Assembly: GCA_964528605.1 (NCBI GenBank)
Contig: CAZGSV010000007.1
Span: 62-64,061 of the forward strand
Length of the DNA stretch: 64,000 bases
DNA from: an uncultured Armatimonadia bacterium
GTDB taxonomy: Bacteria > Armatimonadota > Zipacnadia > CAZGSV01
Direction of reading: 5' to 3'
Notes under the pieces: model-generated
The model's input: the letters and a program-made list of their open reading frames with translations, nothing else
Database searches by the model: none
What the model was told of the DNA's origin: nothing
Shown: piece by piece, positions 42,938 through 53,901 of the stretch
Position numbering within the stretch: position 1 is the first letter of the stretch
How the letters are laid out: every line of letters begins with the position of its first letter
Position numbers and translations under genes: made by a program

Positions 42938-45538
42938 TTGCCGCATAGAAGGAGGCTGCCGATGCTCGCCGCCCTCTGCTTCTGTCTGCTCGCCACCGCC
43001 CTGCCGCCGGCGGCGCAGATGCCCTTGAACGTCGTCTGGCGCGCGCCGGGGGCGATCGAGATTCCTATCGGAGAGAGGCCGGAGAGCAAATCGGTGGAAT
43101 TGCCTCCGGTGGGGGCGGCTCGCGACGGCGTGCTCTGCCTGCGCTTCGCCGCGCGACTGTACACCGCCGAGCCGGGCGGCTGGAACCAGTATCTTGCCCT
43201 TACCATCAACGGCACGCCGCTAGGGCCAGTGACGCCAGCCGGCCAGTGGCGCGTGCTCAACTGGCCCCGCTTGGTCAGGTCCACCTGGCCGACTGAGCCC
43301 AAGGTGGCGACCATGCGCTCCCGCAGCGGCTTCGATTGCCTGCTCGTCTTCTTCTCTCCGGACGACTCCGCCGGCGACCCTCGCGTGCTCGACAACCAGG
43401 AGCAGGGATGCTGGTATCTGCTTGACGTCTCGGACCTGCTGAGGACCGACGCGCCTAACACGCTCAAGTTGACCAACACGGCCGTGAAGGCCTACTGGCC
43501 GGGTGGGCCCCCGGCGGATTGCCGCCTCATCGTTGGCCTCCTCCAGGCCGGTTACCTTCCAGCCTCGCAGGCACGGCAACTGCGGCGCAGCGAGTGGAAA
43601 GAGAGAAGCCAAGTGCGCGGACCGAGCCTTAGCGAGGGCGCCAGTGCGGTCACGGTGGCCGCAGGCGGCGGCGGGCAAGTGGCCGTGGGCAACGAACTCT
43701 ACTTCCTCGAATCCTCCTACACGTGCCTCAAAAAGCCTCGCAGCCTGTTGTGCGCCGGCGGCGCGGAGGGCTGGTCGCCGAGCGTGAGGCTTCGGGCAGA
43801 TGGCGAACTCGGACTGACGGCGAAATGCGATCAGTTCAGGCTCCGGCGAACCATCCGGCTAAACGGCGGCCGGGTCGAGGTCACTGACGCGCTCACCAAC
43901 ACCGCCGACCGCGTCATCGGAGTCATCATTCGTCACGAGATCATTCTGCCGTCGGGCATTCAGTCCTTCCGGCTGGGAGGCACGCGTGAGGTCGCGCTGG
44001 GGCCGCGCACAACACCCGAAAACCCCACCATCTTCGCGGCGCAGCAGAACACCGGCCTTGGCCTGGTCGCGGAAGACGACATTATGAGGCTCCAGATGGG
44101 CAGCGAGATGACGGGCAACCGGGTCGCCGCTTACCTGGAGAACTTCGGCCTAGCGCCCGGCGCCACCTATCGCCTCAAGTTCGCCCTCTACCCCTGCACC
44201 ACGGACTACTTCGACTTCATCAACCAGGTCCGGCGCGACTGGAACGTCAACTTCACCGTCCTTGGGCCCTTCGAGTTCGTCTCCGCGCGCGAGTACCAGC
44301 AGCCTGCGGACGAGGGCAAACTGCGCGCGCTCCTCGCGCGCAAGAACATCCGCCTCTTCGCGCTCACGCCCTGGTTTGAGTACTACGACCGCGCCAACAT
44401 GACGCGGGATGAGTTCAAGTCCCTCCTCCAGCCGGCGATCCGCCTCATCAAGTCCGTCGAACCCGACGCTTTGTGCCTCGGCCTACTGGAGACCAACCTC
44501 AGCCCCGTGCCCTTGGCCTTCTTCCGCGACACGCTGCCGCAGGACTTGCCCTTCGGCAGGCCGGGTTCTACTTACCCCGTCGGCAAGGTTCCCGGCCAGT
44601 ACGGCTACCCAGCGCCCCCGGCGGCCACCGCCATCGTCAACGAGTCCGTGTGGCGCGACTCGTGCCTGCGCAACGAGCGGGGCAACGTGCTGCTCGACAC
44701 CTGGTACGTGCGCCACTACATAGACCCGCCAGCGCTGAACCTCATGGTCTATCCGGCGGACGGCAACCACCGCTACCGGCTTGGCCTCGACCAACTGGCC
44801 TTCTTGCTCGACGACGTTGGGCTCGACGGCGTCTACATTGACCAGTTCAGCCTCGCCTACGGCTCCACCGACCGCTACACCTACGACTACTGGGACGGTC
44901 ACACGGTGGACATTGATGCGGCGACCGGCGAGGTGGCGCGCAAGTGCGCGGACCTGGGCTGGGTGAGCGCGGGCGCGCGCAAGCAATGGGTGGAGTTCGC
45001 GCTCCAGCGTGGCAAAGTGGTGGTGGCGAACTCGATGCCGGCGGTGATGGAACTCCAGTCGCTCCCCATCTTCCGCTTCATGGAGACGCAGGGGTATGAC
45101 CCGCTGGCTGAGGGCATCCCGGATCAGCCCGGCTGCGCGAAAGGGCAACTCGGAAGCCCGATCGGCCTGGGCCACCAGTGGAACCATCAGGGCGCAGAGT
45201 TCTACCTGCGAACCGTGTGCGCCCACCTGCGCTACGGGCTGCTCTACTATTACTACGCCACCGACTTCTCGGCGGAGGACGGAGAGTATGGGCCGGTGAA
45301 CCACATGTTCCCGTTCACGCCGGTGGCGCTCCACGAGGGCTGGGTCGAGGGGAAGGAGAGGACGATAACGTGCGTGTCTGGCGCCTTCACGCGCCCGGCC
45401 GAGCCCGAGCCGGTGATCCACCTCTTCGACAGCCACGGCCGCGAGAAGCAGAGCGGGGTCAGCGTTGAGCACAGCGGTGACGGTTACCGGGTGCAAGTCC
45501 GACTGGACGACTGGCGAGAGATAGCGGTCATTGAGTAG
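42938..45538 (+). CDS. Large secreted hypothetical protein, glycoside-hydrolase-like
   Basis: 866 aa, signal peptide, beta-rich N-terminal half, then a TIM-barrel-like half with 'LDGVYIDQF'. Confidence 0.6.
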   Translation: MPHRRRLPMLAALCFCLLATALPPAAQMPLNVVWRAPGAIEIPIGERPESKSVELPPVGAARDGVLCLRFAARLYTAEPGGWNQYLALTINGTPLGPVTPAGQWRVLNWPRLVRSTWPTEPKVATMRSRSGFDCLLVFFSPDDSAGDPRVLDNQEQGCWYLLDVSDLLRTDAPNTLKLTNTAVKAYWPGGPPADCRLIVGLLQAGYLPASQARQLRRSEWKERSQVRGPSLSEGASAVTVAAGGGGQVAVGNELYFLESSYTCLKKPRSLLCAGGAEGWSPSVRLRADGELGLTAKCDQFRLRRTIRLNGGRVEVTDALTNTADRVIGVIIRHEIILPSGIQSFRLGGTREVALGPRTTPENPTIFAAQQNTGLGLVAEDDIMRLQMGSEMTGNRVAAYLENFGLAPGATYRLKFALYPCTTDYFDFINQVRRDWNVNFTVLGPFEFVSAREYQQPADEGKLRALLARKNIRLFALTPWFEYYDRANMTRDEFKSLLQPAIRLIKSVEPDALCLGLLETNLSPVPLAFFRDTLPQDLPFGRPGSTYPVGKVPGQYGYPAPPAATAIVNESVWRDSCLRNERGNVLLDTWYVRHYIDPPALNLMVYPADGNHRYRLGLDQLAFLLDDVGLDGVYIDQFSLAYGSTDRYTYDYWDGHTVDIDAATGEVARKCADLGWVSAGARKQWVEFALQRGKVVVANSMPAVMELQSLPIFRFMETQGYDPLAEGIPDQPGCAKGQLGSPIGLGHQWNHQGAEFYLRTVCAHLRYGLLYYYYATDFSAEDGEYGPVNHMFPFTPVALHEGWVEGKERTITCVSGAFTRPAEPEPVIHLFDSHGREKQSGVSVEHSGDGYRVQVRLDDWREIAVIE

Positions 45539-45574
45539 GACCAGGTGCGCCCCACGTGGGGGAAAGGATCGGCC

Positions 45575-46906
45575 ATGAAAGCAGGCTGGAGCGAGATTGA
45601 CATCACGCCCCCCCTGGGCACGGCGCTAGGCGGAGACCCCGGGCGCGACCATGGCTACCAAGTCGTGTACGACCCGGCGATGGCGCAGGTGCTCGCGCTC
45701 GAGGACCAGGCCGGCGCGCGGCTTGAGGTCGTCACCCTCGACGTGACCGGCATAGTGTGGCGCGATCGAGAGAGGATCGCGGCGGCGGTCGAGGAGAGGT
45801 GCGGACTGCCTCCTCATCACCTGCTGCTCAACTGCTCCCACTCGCACAGCGCGCCCGCGCTCGAAGTGGACACCCACAACCATCCCCCCCGCGATCTCTA
45901 CGCGTGCCGCGGCCGCCTCGCGGAGTATCGAACCTGGTTCCTCGAAGCGGTGGCGGGCGCGGTGGGGCAGGCGCTCCGGAGCCTCCGGCCCGCGAAACTG
46001 TTCTTCGGCAAGGGCCAATCCGGCGTGGGCATCAGTCGGCGCTTGGTCGTGGACGGCAAGGCGCAGTTCATGCCCAGCCCTGAAGGCTTCTACGACCGCG
46101 ACCTAGCGGTGGTCGCGGTCGGGCCGTCCGCGGATGACCTGCGCGCGCTCTTGTTCGTCCACGGCTGCCATGCGACCACGCGCTACGGCGGCGAGCACCG
46201 CTATGCTCTATCAGCGGACTACCCGGGCGCGGCCAGGCGTCACCTCAACCAGGCGCTGGGGCAGCGCGTGCTGACAATGTTTGGGCAAGGCGCAGGAGCG
46301 GACATCCGGCCGCCGGCCATTGACGAGAACGGCCGCTTCCGCGCGGGTACCCACGAGGACGTGGAGAAGATGGGCGCGCAGCTGGCGCAGGACGTCGTCT
46401 CGGTGCTCAGAGGGCACCTGCGCGAGATCGAGAACCCTCGTTTCGCCGCCACCCTCTCCTTCGCCGGCATTCCGTTGCAGCCTCCCCCCGCGCCCCAAGA
46501 ACTCGAGCGGCTGAGTCAGGACCCCGAGGCGTATTCCTACCGCCGCCTTTGGGCGGACCGCCTACTGGCGTTTCTCGGACGCGGGGAGTGCGTGCCGGCT
46601 TACCTTCCGCTGCCCATTCAGGTGCTGCGGCTGGACTCGGAGCATCTGGTGGTTGGGCTGGGGCACGAGGTGGTCAGTAAGTTGGGCGCGATGGTCAAGG
46701 AGGCCCTCGCGCCCGCGGAGACGGCTCTGATGGCCTACTGCAACGCCGCGGAGGTTTACATCCCGACGGCTCAGATGCTGAGCGAGGGCGGCTACGAGCC
46801 CGAGGGCTACATGTGGGGCGTCTATCCCGCGCCCGTCGCCGAGTGCGTGGACGAGGTCATACTAGCCAAGGTGCGCGAGATAGTGCGCAAGACCGAGGCA
46901 ACCTGA
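45575..46906 (+). CDS. Neutral/alkaline ceramidase-like metallo-amidohydrolase
   Basis: 'AGWSEIDITP', 'CSHSHSAP', 'GCHATT', 'LSADYPG', 'QGAGADI', 'EGGYEP'. Confidence 0.75.
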   Translation: MKAGWSEIDITPPLGTALGGDPGRDHGYQVVYDPAMAQVLALEDQAGARLEVVTLDVTGIVWRDRERIAAAVEERCGLPPHHLLLNCSHSHSAPALEVDTHNHPPRDLYACRGRLAEYRTWFLEAVAGAVGQALRSLRPAKLFFGKGQSGVGISRRLVVDGKAQFMPSPEGFYDRDLAVVAVGPSADDLRALLFVHGCHATTRYGGEHRYALSADYPGAARRHLNQALGQRVLTMFGQGAGADIRPPAIDENGRFRAGTHEDVEKMGAQLAQDVVSVLRGHLREIENPRFAATLSFAGIPLQPPPAPQELERLSQDPEAYSYRRLWADRLLAFLGRGECVPAYLPLPIQVLRLDSEHLVVGLGHEVVSKLGAMVKEALAPAETALMAYCNAAEVYIPTAQMLSEGGYEPEGYMWGVYPAPVAECVDEVILAKVREIVRKTEAT

Positions 46907-46930
46907 GGACACGGCTGCAAGGAGGCCGCG

Positions 46931-47737
46931 ATGAGCGAAGCAGGAAAGCGGATATGCGTGTTGTGCGATCTGGAGGGCGTGAGCGGGGTAGTCAGCTGGG
47001 ACACGGACACCGGCCGCGGCCAACCGTACTATCAGCGTTCTCTCCGGCTGGCGACTAACGAGTTGGACGCGTTGCTCCGCGGGCTGCGGTGGGGAGGTGC
47101 GACGGAGATACTCGTCCTCGACGGGCACGGCGACGGCGGCCTCGAGTTGGAACTCATCAGCGAGGACGCGGACGTGCTCATCGGACGCCCCATCCAGTAC
47201 CCCTACGGTTTGGATGCCGGCTGGGATGGCGTGGCGTACTTCGCCCATCACTCGATGGCCGGAACGCCTAGCGGCAACCTGGCCCACAGTTGGTCGCACG
47301 AGTCCGTGGTCGAGGTGCGGCTCAATGACCACCCCATTGGCGAGATCGGCTGGTACATCTACACCGCGGGCGACTTCAACTCGCCTGCCATTCTCGTGAC
47401 CGGCGACGACCAGGCCTGCGCCGAGGCGAAGCGGCTGGCGCCGGCGATCGAGACCGCCGTGGTGAAGACCGGCCTCAACGCCACGACCGCCGTCTGCAAG
47501 CCGCCGCGCATCGCGCAGGACATCATCGGTCGGGCGGCGGGACGGGCGATGCAGCGACTGCCCGAGATGGCTCCAGTCGCGCCGCCCGGGCCGCCTTTCC
47601 GGGTGACCTGCACCTACAGCAAGGCGGAGATGGCCGAGGGCTTTTGCAGGGCGAGGGCCTGGGCCCAGAGAGTGGACGAGTGCACCGTCGCCTGCGAGTC
47701 GGACGACTACGCAGAGCTCTCGCGCAAGTTCCTATAA
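46931..47737 (+). CDS. M55 family (DppA-like) D-aminopeptidase
   Basis: 'DLEGVSGV', 'DGHG', 'HHSMAG', 'LAHSWS', 'GEIG', 'VTGDD.AC.EA', 'AVVK'. Confidence 0.88.
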   Translation: MSEAGKRICVLCDLEGVSGVVSWDTDTGRGQPYYQRSLRLATNELDALLRGLRWGGATEILVLDGHGDGGLELELISEDADVLIGRPIQYPYGLDAGWDGVAYFAHHSMAGTPSGNLAHSWSHESVVEVRLNDHPIGEIGWYIYTAGDFNSPAILVTGDDQACAEAKRLAPAIETAVVKTGLNATTAVCKPPRIAQDIIGRAAGRAMQRLPEMAPVAPPGPPFRVTCTYSKAEMAEGFCRARAWAQRVDECTVACESDDYAELSRKFL

Positions 47738-47753
47738 GGGCTGGTCGCGCGGC

Positions 47754-50700
47754 CTACTCCGGGAAGTACGGCTGCACCTCCACGAAGTTGAACATCAGTT
47801 CCTGTCCGATGGGCCCGCCGGGGTCAGTGTCGCTGACCCAGTCGGAGATGCGCAGCGTGGCTTCCGCGCCGGTCGCGCGCAAGACGCGCCAGTGGAAGTT
47901 CATCCAGGCGGGGCGCTGGGAACTGTAGCCTCCCCACGGCGGTGAGACGCCGTTGGCGAACGGCTCTTGGAAGGACCTGTCCGGCAGGGTCTCCGCGCCC
48001 TCCACCTCAACTGACACCGCATGCTTCACCTTCTCCGACATATCGCGGTGGTCACCGGTGATCATCCTCAGGGAGTAGAGACGCCCGGGCTCCAGATTCC
48101 TGATGGTCTGCCGGACCACATTCGGCTTGCGCGCGCTGCGGCGCATGAGCAGGAAGGTATCGCCCTCTTGGTGGCTCGAGAAGCGGCCCTCCAGCCAGGA
48201 GTAGCCGGTCATCGGCGCGGAACCAGGCCAACTGTCCGCGGTCACGGAGTCCGGTTCCGCCGCCTCGACGTTCCAGCCCTTCAGGCCGTCCGCGAAGTCA
48301 GGGTTCTCCAGATGAGTAAGGAGGTACGGGTCCTTGGTCAAGGGTTCCGTGTTGCCCTCGATGCAGTAGTGCCGGTAGAGGCGGGCCCCCCAGCGCACGG
48401 TCTCTTCGTCCGCCCAGCCGGCGCTCCATTCCTGCACGCCATAGAGGCCCCAGAACTGGGGCGAGTTGGCCACCAAGCGGAACTGCATGTCCATCGCGGT
48501 CTTGTAGTCCACCCCCGGGTTCACGTCCATCATCCCCGGCGGCACGTCGAAGTATCCCAAGACCACGACCGTCCGCTGCGTAACGCCCGGCTGCACCTTC
48601 TCCCAGCCGGTGTTCTCGTCGTAGAGCCAGTGCCGGAACTCGCGCCGCGCTTGGGCCTCCGTCGGCTGCTCCGCGAGGTAGCGTATCCACGCGGCGTAGC
48701 CGTCCCCCTCGAAGACAGCGCGCATGAACTCGGTGCTCTGTTCGCCGAAGTACATCGAGTTGCAGTAGGGATAGAAGGTGACTCCCCGGAAGGCGGGGTT
48801 ATCCTTCAGCCGGCGCACGGCGCCCGTCCACCCGGGGTAGTTGCGATTGTAGTCGGAGAAGAACTCGTCAATGATAATGCCGTCCGCCAGGTAGCCGCCC
48901 AGGCGCGCGGTCTGCAGCCAGTGCTCCTCGGCGTCCTCGGCCGCGATGTCGGGGCCGTGCATGCCCGGGACGCCGCCGTGGATGATCCAGCGGCCGCCGT
49001 TCTTCCGCCAGGCCTGCAAGCGATCCATGTCCTCTCCAGCAGGCTCGCCGATGATGGTGCTGATCTGCGGGAGCACGTGCCGACTGAGGAACTGCCAATC
49101 ATAAGGCCCGAACTCGGGATACGGCGTGTTGATGGGGAAGGCGAAGTACTGCAGTTCCGGCACCGCGCGCACGACGATGCGGTCCAGCCGGCACGGCCCG
49201 GCGCGCCTCAGGCGCAGCGTATGCGGCCCTTCCGGTAGGCGGCGCATGGCCTCAGCGACCGGTGGACCGTCGCTGCGGCTGACGATCACCGGCTCCCCGC
49301 CGTCGTCGAGCGTTACCCGGACCTCAGCCCCGCGCTCAGCCTGGGAAGTCAGGGCCAGGAAAACCCAGCCCTCCCGGGGGTTGAAGAACCGGTACTCCTG
49401 TTCGGCAGCCGCGGACGGCTCCACGTTGAGCAGTTCGCTGACGAAGTTGTTGAGCACCTTGATGCCCTGAGGGGCGCTGGGCCACGAGGGCGATTGCGGC
49501 CAGTTGATCGCCTGCCGCAGCGGGGCGCCAATGGATGCGCCGCCGCGCCCCTTGGCAACGGCGCGCACCTCGTAATCCCCGGCGGGCAGATCGCCGACCT
49601 TGAGCACCGCGCTGGCGAGGCTCTCCTTGGGCATTACCGTGGCCGTAGCCCGCGCAAGGGCTTTGCGCCCCTGACTTGCCACGAGTTCGACTTCAACCCT
49701 CGTCCCGCTGGGCAACTCGCCCCAGGGGGTCGTGTCAACGTCCGCGACAATCTCCCTGCTGTGGTAGAAGAGGTCGGCCTCGATGGCCTTCTTGGTCTTG
49801 AACAGGCGCTGGAGCGAATAGAGCGTGGCGCCCGTTGCCTGGTCGCGTATCACCCAGCGGTGCAGGCGCTCGCCGCCCATCTCCACCGGGAAGTCCAAGT
49901 CCAGGCGAGCGCCTTGCCGCGCGCGGAGAGTAACCTCGGCGCTCGCGAGCTCTCTCCCCCCGGTCATGTCGGTCACCTCGATCTTGAGGTCCCGCGGAGT
50001 GGCAGACCGGTTGGAGAGCCGGGCAAAGGCGCCACTCCTGAACCCCGCCTTCAGCAGTGCATGGCCCACCCCTTCGACCACTAGCGGCCGGCCGGGGATG
50101 ATGAGCGTTCCGTAGTTGTCAGGATTCGCCCACTCTCCCGTGGTGTCCTGCCAGTAGTCGTCCTCCTCGCCGCCGGCGGTGCGCAGCCGTTCGAAGTTCA
50201 CCCGCCAGTGCATCTCCACTCCGGGCGAGCGGTCAATCCCCACCGCCGCGAACGGCAGCACCAACTCCGCGGTCCACTCGCGCTCGCCCACTCGGGCGGC
50301 CGCCCGCACTCCCTGCAGGCTCTGATGCCCATACTCCCGCGTGTCCAGTTCCACAGTGCCGATGGAGTTCACCGTAAACTGGTAGATGTCGCCCATTCCG
50401 CCGGCAGGGTCGAAGTTCATCTCGATGCAGTCGTCGCCCCAGATGCTGGCGTTACTGAGGCCGATGTTGGCCTTGAGTTGTCCGGGCTCGGGCTCGGCGC
50501 AGCGAAAGGCGAGGTAGAGATGGTCCGCGTCACTCAGCGCATAGACCAGGCTCGGCTGCGTCGCCGGCGCGCCGTTGGCGTCGTTGCGGAAGCCGCCGCT
50601 GACGCCGGCTTGCCGCCAGACGGGGTCGGAAAGATCGCCGTCCACGACCGGCGGGCTGGCAACGGCAGTGGCCCGGATCACTCTCCGCTCTGTCGAACAC

Positions 50701-50771
50701 AGCGCCGGCTCGACCGCCGCCACAAGCCCCAAAAGGGCAAGAATGAGACACAGCAATCTGCGCATAAGCAC
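47754..50771 (-). CDS. Large secreted protein with N-terminal CBM9-like domain, paralog 1 of tandem triplet B
   Basis: Signal peptide; 'PPVVDGDLSDPVW', 'LYLAFRC', 'DCIEMNFDP', 'WTAEL.LPF', 'WRVNFER'; C-terminus 'FNFVEVQPYF'. Confidence 0.7.
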   Translation of the reverse strand: MLMRRLLCLILALLGLVAAVEPALCSTERRVIRATAVASPPVVDGDLSDPVWRQAGVSGGFRNDANGAPATQPSLVYALSDADHLYLAFRCAEPEPGQLKANIGLSNASIWGDDCIEMNFDPAGGMGDIYQFTVNSIGTVELDTREYGHQSLQGVRAAARVGEREWTAELVLPFAAVGIDRSPGVEMHWRVNFERLRTAGGEEDDYWQDTTGEWANPDNYGTLIIPGRPLVVEGVGHALLKAGFRSGAFARLSNRSATPRDLKIEVTDMTGGRELASAEVTLRARQGARLDLDFPVEMGGERLHRWVIRDQATGATLYSLQRLFKTKKAIEADLFYHSREIVADVDTTPWGELPSGTRVEVELVASQGRKALARATATVMPKESLASAVLKVGDLPAGDYEVRAVAKGRGGASIGAPLRQAINWPQSPSWPSAPQGIKVLNNFVSELLNVEPSAAAEQEYRFFNPREGWVFLALTSQAERGAEVRVTLDDGGEPVIVSRSDGPPVAEAMRRLPEGPHTLRLRRAGPCRLDRIVVRAVPELQYFAFPINTPYPEFGPYDWQFLSRHVLPQISTIIGEPAGEDMDRLQAWRKNGGRWIIHGGVPGMHGPDIAAEDAEEHWLQTARLGGYLADGIIIDEFFSDYNRNYPGWTGAVRRLKDNPAFRGVTFYPYCNSMYFGEQSTEFMRAVFEGDGYAAWIRYLAEQPTEAQARREFRHWLYDENTGWEKVQPGVTQRTVVVLGYFDVPPGMMDVNPGVDYKTAMDMQFRLVANSPQFWGLYGVQEWSAGWADEETVRWGARLYRHYCIEGNTEPLTKDPYLLTHLENPDFADGLKGWNVEAAEPDSVTADSWPGSAPMTGYSWLEGRFSSHQEGDTFLLMRRSARKPNVVRQTIRNLEPGRLYSLRMITGDHRDMSEKVKHAVSVEVEGAETLPDRSFQEPFANGVSPPWGGYSSQRPAWMNFHWRVLRATGAEATLRISDWVSDTDPGGPIGQELMFNFVEVQPYFPE

Positions 50772-50804
50772 TGCCTCCGCAATGCGAGGCTGCCCTTGAT
50801 ACCG

Positions 50805-53800
50805 CTACTCTGAGTAGTAGGGCTGCACCTCGACGAAGTTGCACATCAACTCTTGTCCGATGGGCCCACCCGGGTCCGTGTCGCTCCCCCAGTCGGAGAT
50901 GCGGATCACCGCCTGCTCGCCGGTGGCCCGGAAGACGCGCCAGTGGAAGTTCATCCACGCCGGGTGCTCACGGCTGTAGCCGCCCCAGATGTGGCTGTAG
51001 CAACTGGGGAAGACATGCTGGAACGATTTCTCCGGCAGGACCTCCACTCCCTCGAGTTGGATGGAGACGGCATGTCGCTGCTCGGTCGCGAGGTCCCGGT
51101 AGTCGCCGGTGTACATCTTGAGCGAGTAGAGGCGCCCCGGCTCGAGATCGCGCATGGTCTGCCATACCACATTCGGGCGCTCGGCGCTCCTGCGCATCAA
51201 CAGGAACTTGTCGCCCTCGTGCCGGTCGGCGAGCCGCCCCTCAAGGAAACCATAGCCTGTCATAGGCCCCTCAGCGGTCATGACGCCCGTGCTTACGGAG
51301 CCCTCCTCGGCCGGCTCCACATTCCAGCCTTCAAGGCCGTTCGCAAAGTCGGGGTTCTGGAGATGCGTCAGCACATACGGGTCACGCGTGAGCGGCTCGG
51401 TGTTGCCCTCGATGCAGTAGTGGCGAATCAGACGGGCGGCCCAGCGGACCGACTCCTCGTCGGCATAGCCGGTCGAGTACTCCTCGACACCGTAGATGCC
51501 GCGGAAGGCGGGATCGTTCGCCACCCAGCGGAACTGCATGTCCATCCAGGTCCTGTAGTCCACGCTGGGGTTGACGTTCAGCGTCTCAGGGGGGGCGCAG
51601 AGCCAGTGGCCGAACACCACTATCAGGTGGTTCTCCGATCCCGGCGCCGTCTGGCGCCACTGGAGCATCTCCTCGGTCAAGAACGAGCGCAGGAACCGGC
51701 GCGCCAGGTACTCGCTGGGCTGCTCGGACATATACCGCTCCCAGGCGAAGCGCCAGCCGGCCTGCGTCACGGCGCGCACGAACGCGCTGCTGCGCGCGCC
51801 GACTGAGGTGGAGCCGCAATACGGGTAAAAGGTCTTGCCCTGGAACGCGGGGCTGTTCCGCAGGATGCGAACCGCCTCCGTCCAGGCGGGGTAGTTCGGA
51901 TTGGCGTCGTCGTAGAACTCGTCCACGATGATGCCGCCGAGGGTGTCGTCCGGCGGTGAGAAGGGCTTGAGCCACTCGCCCGCGGCATACTCGGGGGTGA
52001 CGAGCGGCTCGCCGTAGAAGCCCGGCACGCCGGTGTTCAGGATTCGCTTGCCGCCGCGGTGCTCCCACACTTCCCGATAGTCACGGTCGTAACCCATGCC
52101 ACCGATGACGGTGTTGAAGTTGGGCGCCGCGTACCGGGAGAAGAAGGCCCAGTCGAAGGGACCATACGCCGTCACCTGCGGATTGCCCGCAAAGCCGCAA
52201 TAGATGAGCTCCGGCACCGCCCGCACGACCAGCCGTTCTGCCCGAGCTCGACCTCGGCAGGAGAGGTGCAGGGCGTGCTCGCCACTCGGCAGCAGTCGCA
52301 TGGTCTCGCCAACCCTGGGCCCGTCGGCCGACTGCGCCATGACCGCGGACTCAGGGGGTCCGCCGTCGAGGCAGACGCGCATCTCGCCCTCGGCCGCAAC
52401 TGAGGCCGTCGAGGCGATGAAGACCCAACCGTCGCGCGGATTGAAGAAGCGGAAGCCCTGCTCCCCCTCCGCCGTTGGCGCGACGTTGAGCAATTCGGTA
52501 ACGAAGTTGTTGAGCACCTTGAGGCCAGCGGGTGCCCCGGCCCAGGAGGGAGCCTCCGGCCAGGTGACGGGCTGCGTGAACTCGCCCTGCAGGCCCTTGC
52601 CCCCCCTAGTCGTGGCGCGCGCGTTGAGAACATACTCGCCGGGCGGCAGGTCGCCCACCTTGATGACCGTTTCGGCGGTCTTGTCCGCGGGCACGATCTT
52701 CGCTGGCGCCGAACACACCGGCAATCGCTCTCCGGCGCGGAGCAGGCGTGCCTCAACGCGCGCGCCTGCCGGCAGTTCGCCCCAGGCCGAAATGTCCACA
52801 TCCACCTGCAACTCGTGGCTGTGGTACAGAACGGAGGCTGCGATGGCCCTGGCGACCTTCACCGGCCGCTCCAGACAGTAGAGTCGGGTGCCCGTCCGTC
52901 CGTCCCGTAGCGTCCAGCGGAGTTCACGCTCTCCGCCGATGCTGACCGGAAACGCCGCTCTTACAGAGCCTTTGCCGCGTGGCCGCAGCGAGGCGGAACG
53001 GCGGAACAGCGCCGTCCCAAAGGTCAAGTCCTCCGCGACCACTTCAACCTGGCGCTGTACCGCCGAGCGGTTCCACAGGGACACGGAACCTTGGCCCAGC
53101 ACCCCGTCCCGCAATGGCGACAGCCCCAACGCCTCGAGCACCAGCGATCCGCCAGGGATGACGAGCGTGCCATAGCCGGCGGGATCGGCCCAGTCGCCTT
53201 GCACGTGCTGCCAGTAATCATCTTCCTCGCCGCCGATCGTGCGCAAGCGCTCGAAGTTGACCCGCCAATGCATCTCCACCTCCGGCGACCGCTTGATGCC
53301 CACCCCGGCGAACGGAAGTGCCAACTCAGCCGTCCACTCTCGCTTCCCCGCGCGCGCGGCGGCTTGGACGCCGGTCAGGTCTTGATGGCCATAGCCGCGC
53401 AGTTCCAGTTCCTTGGTGCCGATGGAGTTGACGGTGAACTGGTAGATGTCCTGCATGCCGCCCGTGGGGTCGAAGTTCATCTCCGCGCAGTCGTCGCCCC
53501 AGATGTTGGCGTTGTCCACGTCCACCTTTGCCTTTATGAGCGAAGGCTCCGGCTCGGCGCAGCGGAACGCGAGGTAGAGGTGCTCCACGTCACTCAGGAC
53601 ATAGACGACCGTCTGGTTGCGCGCGGCCTTGCCGTCCGCCTCATTGGTCAAGCCTGAGGTGACCCCTGCCTGCCGCCACGCGCCCTCGGACAGGTCCCCG
53701 TCTATCACGGGAGGCGAAGAGACGGGCGTGGCGCGCAGGGTCCGCTGGGCCGCGAAGGAGAGTGCGGGCGCGCAGGCGCACAGCAGCGCCAATGCGGCCG

Positions 53801-53873
53801 TCGCCAGGCAAATGCGTTGTCTCACCGCAATCACCTCAGAGGTGTAGCACAAACCACGAGTGCGCGAGCACAA
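50805..53873 (-). CDS. Large secreted CBM9-like protein, paralog 2 of triplet B
   Basis: Collinear with paralogs 1 and 3; the true start is probably a GTG just before 'RQRICLATAALALLCACAPALS'. Confidence 0.7.
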   Translation of the reverse strand: MCSRTRGLCYTSEVIAVRQRICLATAALALLCACAPALSFAAQRTLRATPVSSPPVIDGDLSEGAWRQAGVTSGLTNEADGKAARNQTVVYVLSDVEHLYLAFRCAEPEPSLIKAKVDVDNANIWGDDCAEMNFDPTGGMQDIYQFTVNSIGTKELELRGYGHQDLTGVQAAARAGKREWTAELALPFAGVGIKRSPEVEMHWRVNFERLRTIGGEEDDYWQHVQGDWADPAGYGTLVIPGGSLVLEALGLSPLRDGVLGQGSVSLWNRSAVQRQVEVVAEDLTFGTALFRRSASLRPRGKGSVRAAFPVSIGGERELRWTLRDGRTGTRLYCLERPVKVARAIAASVLYHSHELQVDVDISAWGELPAGARVEARLLRAGERLPVCSAPAKIVPADKTAETVIKVGDLPPGEYVLNARATTRGGKGLQGEFTQPVTWPEAPSWAGAPAGLKVLNNFVTELLNVAPTAEGEQGFRFFNPRDGWVFIASTASVAAEGEMRVCLDGGPPESAVMAQSADGPRVGETMRLLPSGEHALHLSCRGRARAERLVVRAVPELIYCGFAGNPQVTAYGPFDWAFFSRYAAPNFNTVIGGMGYDRDYREVWEHRGGKRILNTGVPGFYGEPLVTPEYAAGEWLKPFSPPDDTLGGIIVDEFYDDANPNYPAWTEAVRILRNSPAFQGKTFYPYCGSTSVGARSSAFVRAVTQAGWRFAWERYMSEQPSEYLARRFLRSFLTEEMLQWRQTAPGSENHLIVVFGHWLCAPPETLNVNPSVDYRTWMDMQFRWVANDPAFRGIYGVEEYSTGYADEESVRWAARLIRHYCIEGNTEPLTRDPYVLTHLQNPDFANGLEGWNVEPAEEGSVSTGVMTAEGPMTGYGFLEGRLADRHEGDKFLLMRRSAERPNVVWQTMRDLEPGRLYSLKMYTGDYRDLATEQRHAVSIQLEGVEVLPEKSFQHVFPSCYSHIWGGYSREHPAWMNFHWRVFRATGEQAVIRISDWGSDTDPGGPIGQELMCNFVEVQPYYSE

Positions 53874-53901
53874 GGCGACAGGAAGCGGGCGGCTCCCTGA
53901 G

